DNA of 64,000 nucleotides from Myxococcota bacterium (lineage in GTDB: Bacteria; Myxococcota_A; SURF-8), in the NCBI GenBank assembly GCA_963674735.2, contig CAXXQS010000001.1:1888001-1952000 (forward strand). Direction: 5' to 3'. The position numbers and the translations under genes are program-made. Positions 60,459 through 64,000 of the stretch are shown piece after piece (within the stretch, counting starts at the first letter, position 1; every line of letters starts with the position of its first letter). The notes under the pieces are model-generated. The model searched no databases. It was not told where the DNA came from and worked only from the letters and a program-made list of their open reading frames with translations.

Positions 60459-61340
60459 ATGCGTCGGATTGATCGTCTTTTTATTTTCGCCCTGCTCGCC
60501 TTTATTCTGAGTTTGAGCAACCCCGCTCACTCAAAAACGAGCAAAGATAAATTCGTCCCGAAAACCGGCATCGAACGCAAAACCATCATGATGGCGCCGG
60601 TTGCGAAAGAAATCTATATAAACCGAGACATCACCCAGGAAGCTCTGACGCGCCTGGCCTCGATCGAGAATTTAACATTTATCGTCGATACGGGCGGTTT
60701 TCCGCCAAAGTCATTGTTGGTACGACTGGCCAAACTGGACCGTCCCGTTCGTCTCGTGTTGCCCAATACGTTCACCAGCGCTCACACACGACGTTTGTCC
60801 GTTCTCGCTGAATACGGTGTCCTTTTCAGGATTTCAGGATCCACCATGACCGAGGAGGTCGCGAATCGCGTGCTGGCGCTTGGACCTCGGCGCAAAACAT
60901 TCGAAGTCGACCTGCAAGAGCTGACTCCCAAAACCCTCAAACTGCTCTCCAAAGTCGGCCCATTCGACCTGCGAATCCGCCTTTCATCCACTCGCACTCT
61001 GTCCCGTACCGATTTGGGTATGTTGAGCCGGCTTAAAGTCATGAAAGAACTACTGGTTCCGGCCGACTATCCGCCCAAAATGATTCAGAGGCTCGGACGT
61101 TTCTCGCAAACACGCATTTTGCTGCACACACAGGGAGTCGGTCCCAACCAGGACCAAGTCAAGGTGTTGAATAAACTACGAAAAGTTGAATGTGGCGCGA
61201 TCGTCCGCGGTCTTATTAAAAGTCGTGAAGCCTTCAACTACCTCATGCTCGACAACCTGCGCGTCCTTTACATTTATCCCGAGGACTGGACAGTCACCCA
61301 GCAATTCGTCGAGATGATGAATAGTCGCGGGGCAATCTAG
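60459..61340 (+). CDS. Hypothetical secreted basic protein with degenerate alpha/beta repeats
   Basis: Signal peptide ending AHS; about 24-aa periodicity. Confidence 0.7.
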   Translation: MRRIDRLFIFALLAFILSLSNPAHSKTSKDKFVPKTGIERKTIMMAPVAKEIYINRDITQEALTRLASIENLTFIVDTGGFPPKSLLVRLAKLDRPVRLVLPNTFTSAHTRRLSVLAEYGVLFRISGSTMTEEVANRVLALGPRRKTFEVDLQELTPKTLKLLSKVGPFDLRIRLSSTRTLSRTDLGMLSRLKVMKELLVPADYPPKMIQRLGRFSQTRILLHTQGVGPNQDQVKVLNKLRKVECGAIVRGLIKSREAFNYLMLDNLRVLYIYPEDWTVTQQFVEMMNSRGAI

Positions 61341-61449
61341 GAACAAAGCTGAAGTAACACTTAAAGACTTTCATTATTTTCTTTTTTTTGCTAGGCTTTT
61401 CGACTGATTCCAGTCAAAATAATTATTCGACGATTTAATTGTTTTTTTC

Positions 61450-61478
61450 TTGACAGCCTATGACCCTTCTGGTAAAGA
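61450..61478 (+). promoter_or_regulatory. Putative promoter for tRNA-Val/infC operon
   Basis: TTGACA-N17-TAAAGA with an upstream T/A tract. Confidence 0.5.
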
Positions 61479-61517
61479 AATCACTCACTTGCGGGCCGTA
61501 TCGGCTTGCAGGCAGAC

Positions 61518-61592
61518 AGGCACGTAGCTCAAGGGTAGAGCGCCATCTTGACGTGGTGGATGTTGGCGGTTCAAGTCCGCCCGTGCCTACCA
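61518..61592 (+). tRNA. tRNA-Val(GAC)
   Basis: AGGCACG/CGTGCCT acceptor, CCATC-TTGACGT-GGTGG anticodon arm, TTCAAGT T-loop, CCA. Confidence 0.96.
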
Positions 61593-61642
61593 TCTTTGAT
61601 TTATAGGATGGTTTACCAAACACGTATTGCAGGAGGACCCCC

Positions 61643-62170
61643 ATCAAGTCCGATAAAGATAAAAGCGCACGGATTAACGATCAAATCCGTACTCCGAGCG
61701 TCAGAGTGATCACTGAAGACGGAGAACAGTTAGGGATTCTCGCTATACATGATGCGCTCGACATCGCGTTCGATCGTGGTTTGGATCTTGTTGAAGTATC
61801 GCCCAATGCGGATCCGCCGGTTTGCAAGATCATGGATTTTGGCAAATTCAAGTATCAGCAAAGCAAGCGCAAGACGGAAGCCAGAAAAAAACAGACGATC
61901 ATTCAAGTTAAGGAAGTGAAGCTTCGCACCAAAACCGAGACGCACGACATCCAGACGAAAGTGAAAAATCTGCTTCGGTTTATCGGTGAAGGAAATAAAG
62001 TCAAGATTTCGGTAATGTTCAGCGGTCGTGAGATTACACACCCCGAATTAGGTGTGTCGGTTCTTAACCGGGTTATGGACGAAGTCGGCGAAAAGGTGAC
62101 AATCGATACCCAACCCCGGATGGAAGGTCGCTGTATGGTCATGTTCGTGTCGCCACGATCTGACAAATAA
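61643..62170 (+). CDS. infC: Translation initiation factor IF-3 (ATC start)
   Basis: AGGAGG then in-frame ATC; RINDQIR..VRVI, DLVEVSP..PPVCKIMDFGKFKY. Confidence 0.96.
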   Translation: MKSDKDKSARINDQIRTPSVRVITEDGEQLGILAIHDALDIAFDRGLDLVEVSPNADPPVCKIMDFGKFKYQQSKRKTEARKKQTIIQVKEVKLRTKTETHDIQTKVKNLLRFIGEGNKVKISVMFSGREITHPELGVSVLNRVMDEVGEKVTIDTQPRMEGRCMVMFVSPRSDK

Positions 62171-62188
62171 TGACAACAGGAGTCGACA

Positions 62189-62389
62189 ATGCCTAAGATG
62201 AAAACGAACCGAGCCGCAGCTAAACGTTTCAAACTGCGCGCGAGCGGTTCGATCAAGCGGAAGCGGGCGTTCCATTCGCACATCTTGACGAAGAAGTCCA
62301 CCAAGCGCTGCAGGAATTTGCGGCAGCGAGCTGAACTTGACGCTAGCAACTTCGATAACGTTGCCCGTCTTATTCCCAAAGTGAAGTAA
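62189..62389 (+). CDS. rpmI: 50S ribosomal protein L35
   Basis: [21 protein letters not shown]. Confidence 0.97.
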   Translation: MPKMKTNRAAAKRFKLRASGSIKRKRAFHSHILTKKSTKRCRNLRQRAELDASNFDNVARLIPKVK

Positions 62390-62401
62390 CGGAGATTTTC
62401 G

Positions 62402-62761
62402 ATGCCTCGAGTGAAACGCGGATACAAAGCACGTCACCGCCGGAAAAAAATACTCAAGCTTGCCAAAGGCTACCGCGGCGCACGTTCGAAGCTTTATAGG
62501 GTTGCAACCCATACGGTTAAGCGGGCCTTGGTTTACGCTTTCCGTGATCGACGTGTGCGGAAACGGGATTTTCGCCGTCTTTGGATCACCCGTATCAATG
62601 CTGCCCTGCGAGCGGAATCGGTTTCTTACAGCCGCTTTATCAATGGGCTGAAACATGCAGAAATAGCGCTTGATCGGAAGATTCTGGCCGATCTGGCCGT
62701 GACAGATCCAAATGGGTTCAAGGCTGTCGTCGAGCAGGTGCGCCCACATTTGGCTGGCTAG
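62402..62761 (+). CDS. rplT: 50S ribosomal protein L20
   Basis: [36 protein letters not shown]. Confidence 0.98.
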   Translation: MPRVKRGYKARHRRKKILKLAKGYRGARSKLYRVATHTVKRALVYAFRDRRVRKRDFRRLWITRINAALRAESVSYSRFINGLKHAEIALDRKILADLAVTDPNGFKAVVEQVRPHLAG

Positions 62762-62806
62762 CCGTATTGTGAGGGGTTGCACCGGCGGCGCAAACGGGAG
62801 GACCGC

Positions 62807-63094
62807 ATGACCAAAGCCGACTTGATCGAAAACGTGTATCAAAAAATCGGATTCTCGAAAAAGGAGTCTGCCGAAATCGTTGAGATGGTTTTCGATATCA
62901 TCAAAGAAACCTTGGAAAAGGGTGAAAAGATCAAGATTTCCGGCTTCGGCAATTTCGTCGTACGGGAAAAGAAGTCTCGCATCGGGCGCAATCCCCAGAC
63001 GGGTGAAGAGATCGAAATCTCATCTCGTCGCGTGTTGACTTTCAAGCCGAGCCAGGTACTGAAGAACCTGTTGAACGGTGGCATCGAGGTCTAA
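62807..63094 (+). CDS. ihfA: Integration host factor alpha subunit
   Basis: MTKADL..KISGFGNF..GRNPQTGEEI..RRVLTFKPSQVLK. Confidence 0.93.
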   Translation: MTKADLIENVYQKIGFSKKESAEIVEMVFDIIKETLEKGEKIKISGFGNFVVREKKSRIGRNPQTGEEIEISSRRVLTFKPSQVLKNLLNGGIEV

Positions 63095-63118
63095 CGACGA
63101 GTAAGGCGGGAGATCGGG

Positions 63119-63481
63119 TTGAACGTCGAGATCCCTGACAAGATCTATTTCAAGATCGGCGAAGTGAGTCGGATTGCTGACGTTAAACCGTATGTTTTAC
63201 GGTATTGGGAAAGCGAGTTCCCGTCGATTAGGCCGACGAAGTCGAAGAGCAATCAGCGGCTTTATCAGCGCAAGGACATAGAAGCGATACTCGAAGTGAA
63301 GCACCTCCTCTATGAGAAGCGTTTCACAATCGACGGCGCGAGGTCTTACATAAGAAGTTCCAGTTCATCCAGCCCTACGGACGATTCCTCAGGCTTTAAC
63401 GATTGGACTTTACTAAAAGAAGAATTACTTGGTATTCGGCTTAAGTTACAAGCCGTTCGGGATCTTTTACAGAATAGTTAG
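63119..63481 (+). CDS. MerR-family regulator (ihfA-associated)
   Basis: IPDKIYFKIGEVS..VLRYWESEF..FTIDGAR. Confidence 0.92.
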   Translation: MNVEIPDKIYFKIGEVSRIADVKPYVLRYWESEFPSIRPTKSKSNQRLYQRKDIEAILEVKHLLYEKRFTIDGARSYIRSSSSSSPTDDSSGFNDWTLLKEELLGIRLKLQAVRDLLQNS

Positions 63482-63486
63482 CATAT

Positions 63487-63563
63487 CGGGGCGTAGCGCA
63501 GTCTGGTAGCGTACCTGAATGGGGTTCAGGTGGTCGCTGGTTCAAATCCAGTCGCCCCGACCA
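63487..63563 (+). tRNA. tRNA-Pro(GGG)
   Basis: CGGGGCG/CGCCCCG acceptor, CCTGA-ATGGGGT-TCAGG anticodon arm, TTCAAAT T-loop, CCA. Confidence 0.96.
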
Positions 63564-63571
63564 TATAAGTC

Positions 63572-63609
63572 AAGGCATCTCACTTAGTTGTGTGATGCCT
63601 TTTCTTTTT
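63572..63609 (+). terminator. Hairpin / terminator after tRNA-Pro
   Basis: AAGGCATC...GATGCCTT followed by TTCTTTTT. Confidence 0.6.
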
Positions 63610-63701
63610 GGGATTGACCCTCCTGACCGAGAGCTACCAAGGAGCTACCATAGAAAATCGCAAACCATGCACGAAAATGAACGATGCAGTTCTAATTGCT
63701 G

Positions 63702-64000
63702 TCAGTGCTGAGACTCACATAGGGGCTCTGCTACCTCGATACTTGGGAAGTCCGAGAGTATTTGATCAACGCGGGATTGAAGATTGGCAATGAGTTTTCT
63801 TATCGTGGGCGTACCTAAGAGAGATTCAACGTCTTCGCGATTACAGCCACCGTACTCCGCCATGATCCAGACAAACTCCACTGTGTAGTCTGCATTCATC
63901 TTGAGAAGTGACCGTCGTGCGGAGTTGATTTCTTTCCGATCAGCCGGTAGCCATTTCACACCTTGTCTGGCCAGGATATGGATTACCTTTAGCAGGCACC
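63702..64000 (-). CDS. 3' end of a hypothetical protein entering from outside the window
   Basis: Frame stays open to the window edge: CLLKVIHILARQGVKWLPADRKEINSARRSLLKM... Confidence 0.55.
   Translation of the reverse strand, partial: CLLKVIHILARQGVKWLPADRKEINSARRSLLKMNADYTVEFVWIMAEYGGCNREDVESLLGTPTIRKLIANLQSRVDQILSDFPSIEVAEPLCESQH

Overview
A 64-kb chromosomal window from a GC-rich bacterium that looks deltaproteobacterial or Myxococcota-like (inference from a Pkn-type Ser/Thr kinase, an FHA-CpaF protein, AUC-initiated infC, tilS-ftsH-folP-cdaA-cdaR-glmM and Cys-rich lipoproteins). Housekeeping blocks (RND pump, mutY, fumC, surE-yqaA-nlpD-tRNA-Arg-ihfB, miaB, upp, tilS...glmM, tRNA-Val-infC-rpmI-rplT-ihfA-merR-tRNA-Pro) alternate with accessory genes. 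The main observations are: (1) at least eight predicted lipoproteins share acidic Asp-Gly-Asp (DGD) repeat linkers that tether hydrolases or Cys-rich modules; (2) one of them is an apparently circularly permuted PF00756-type esterase; (3) an FHA-CpaF/TadA protein has lost all catalytic motifs; (4) an AT-rich TPR + NfrB-like glycosyltransferase cassette has a Xer/dif-like palindrome in its promoter; (5) there are two MITE families, one with a perfect 9-bp target-site duplication and one carrying a REP doublet, present as two inverted copies. No CRISPR array, rRNA or transposase was seen. Everything was read by eye and no database searches were run.
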